From Fibrobacteria bacterium (GTDB taxonomy: Bacteria > Fibrobacterota > Fibrobacteria > UBA11236), in NCBI GenBank assembly GCA_043732185.1, contig JAYTHY010000128.1, forward strand, positions 1 to 50,955: 50,955 bases of DNA, written 5' to 3'. Made by a program: the position numbers and the translations under genes. Shown here one piece after another: positions 49,797 to 50,955 of the stretch (position 1 is the stretch's first letter; every line of letters starts with the position of its first letter). The notes under the pieces are model-generated. The model was not told where the DNA came from, did no database searches, and saw only the letters and a program-made list of their open reading frames with translations.

Positions 49797-50615
49797 TTAC
49801 TGGTATCCGAGGGTGTGATTCCCCTTGAACGGGACTTTCTGATTCTGGCTTTCGTGGTATTTCCTTCCCTTCAAGGGGGTATCTTTGACTATCGATTCCG
49901 CGGCATCAAAAACCACATTTTTCCAGTCCGATTTTTCCATCATAAATTTGAATGTCGAAGTGGTTTCCAGCCAGCCGTATGCCACTGGCGTGCCTGTTCG
50001 GTAATCCCAAATAAGGAAGGTGCCTGACAAGTGTAGTGCCTTAGGCTTGGGAAGCAGCAGCTCTCCAACGGCCAGGCCAAGTGCCCCTCCGGCGCCAACC
50101 AGCAAGGCGCTTGAGGTAGCATCCTGCTCTTGCTTTTCCTCCACTGTGAAGTGCAGATGGCTTATCTGCAATCCAAGATCCGGTTCGAACTCTGCTTTCC
50201 GCAGCAGTCCCCCGCCGGGAAAACAGAACAGAATTGGAATCAGGGGGCCCTCAGGTAGAATGCTTCCATCGGGTTGAATATACTGTTCAGGCAATTGCAA
50301 TAGGGTATCCTGATAAACCGTTGTGTCCGGACGCAGGCCTCCGAGTCGTTTGGGAACAGCCTCCGCAGTTGCAGACAACCTGTCCATGAACAGCCCAGCC
50401 AAAATTATCGCCGGATCATATATGCTGTCCCGAGTCTGTTCGCGGAAAGCGGCCTCGAATTCTCCGAGATTCTCGATCTCCACATCCACCAGAGGTAGAA
50501 TCAACAAGGTTCTCCCCGCAAAGTTTGCACCATTGTACTCCGAATTTGTGCACACGGATTTATTTGGAGCTGCACAGCCGAGCAGACAGAGTGTCAAGGC
50601 AATTGCTGTTTTCAT
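49797..50615 (-). CDS. Hypothetical lipoprotein
   Basis: MKTAIALTLCLLGC lipobox and GAAGGT RBS. Confidence 0.75.
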   Translation of the reverse strand: MKTAIALTLCLLGCAAPNKSVCTNSEYNGANFAGRTLLILPLVDVEIENLGEFEAAFREQTRDSIYDPAIILAGLFMDRLSATAEAVPKRLGGLRPDTTVYQDTLLQLPEQYIQPDGSILPEGPLIPILFCFPGGGLLRKAEFEPDLGLQISHLHFTVEEKQEQDATSSALLVGAGGALGLAVGELLLPKPKALHLSGTFLIWDYRTGTPVAYGWLETTSTFKFMMEKSDWKNVVFDAAESIVKDTPLKGRKYHESQNQKVPFKGNHTLGYQ

Positions 50616-50667
50616 TTTTACCTTCGGGCTATAAAAAAATTTTCGTTCTGCACTTAACTGGTCTTAG

Positions 50668-50955
50668 CTAGAATACATAATTGACTGAAAGTCCTGGGAA
50701 AATAAACATTCCCGTTTTATTGTATTCATGCACTGTCGAGGAAAATTCTTTCCATATTTCAAAATCGGCCCCAAGCTTAAGTACGAATCCATTTTTTTCA
50801 CCAAAATCTTTCAAGTATTTCAACCCACAGTAGCCTCCAAAAAATTCAGGCCCTACCCGAAACAATTGAGGGGTATAGTTCAATCCATTTATGCTTCCAA
50901 TCTGGAATTTTAAAATATTCCTTTCGTTTTCCGATTTTAAAATATTCCAATTTAT
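50668..50955 (-). CDS. 3' end of a hypothetical, possibly outer-membrane beta-barrel, protein (5'-truncated by the window edge)
   Basis: The frame is open to the window edge and ends FPGLSVNYVF, with a terminal Phe and alternating pattern. Confidence 0.6.
   Translation of the reverse strand: MNWNILKSENERNILKFQIGSINGLNYTPQLFRVGPEFFGGYCGLKYLKDFGEKNGFVLKLGADFEIWKEFSSTVHEYNKTGMFIFPGLSVNYVF

Noticed and set aside
50907..50948. 15-bp direct repeat ATTTTAAAATATTCC x2
   Set aside because: It is AT-rich, in-frame within a coding region and at the window edge, so there is too little context to interpret.

Overview
A gene-dense bacterial window, probably from a member of Fibrobacterota. That assignment is inferred from a TIGR02147-like gene, a giant secreted TPR protein, an AgmX/PglI-type TonB-C-like protein and glycoside hydrolases with short C-terminal sorting-like tails. 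The housekeeping backbone includes a DUF349 protein, a CDF transporter, N-formylglutamate amidohydrolase, dacB, nadE, livKHMGF and lemA-TPM-TPM. The main accessory element is an ~11.6 kb seven-gene operon (10716-21992). It encodes a class III aminotransferase fused to an acyl-ACP-reductase-like domain, two adenylate-forming enzymes, an ACP, an MMPL/RND exporter, a LolA-like protein and an outer-membrane barrel, and is a candidate pathway for making and exporting a fatty amine or fatty amide. It is bracketed by 297-bp direct repeats of about 96% identity that duplicate the overlapping 3' ends of a DUF962 gene and a histidine kinase gene, and it contains no integrase or transposase. A second signal is a pair of paralogous DxDxDG-motif lipoproteins. 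One is coupled to a TIGR02147-like putative regulator, and the two promoter regions share a 30-bp AGATTACAAAAA-containing element, suggesting an uncharacterised regulon. No rRNA, tRNA or CRISPR array was seen. All family assignments come from motif recognition by eye, not database searches.
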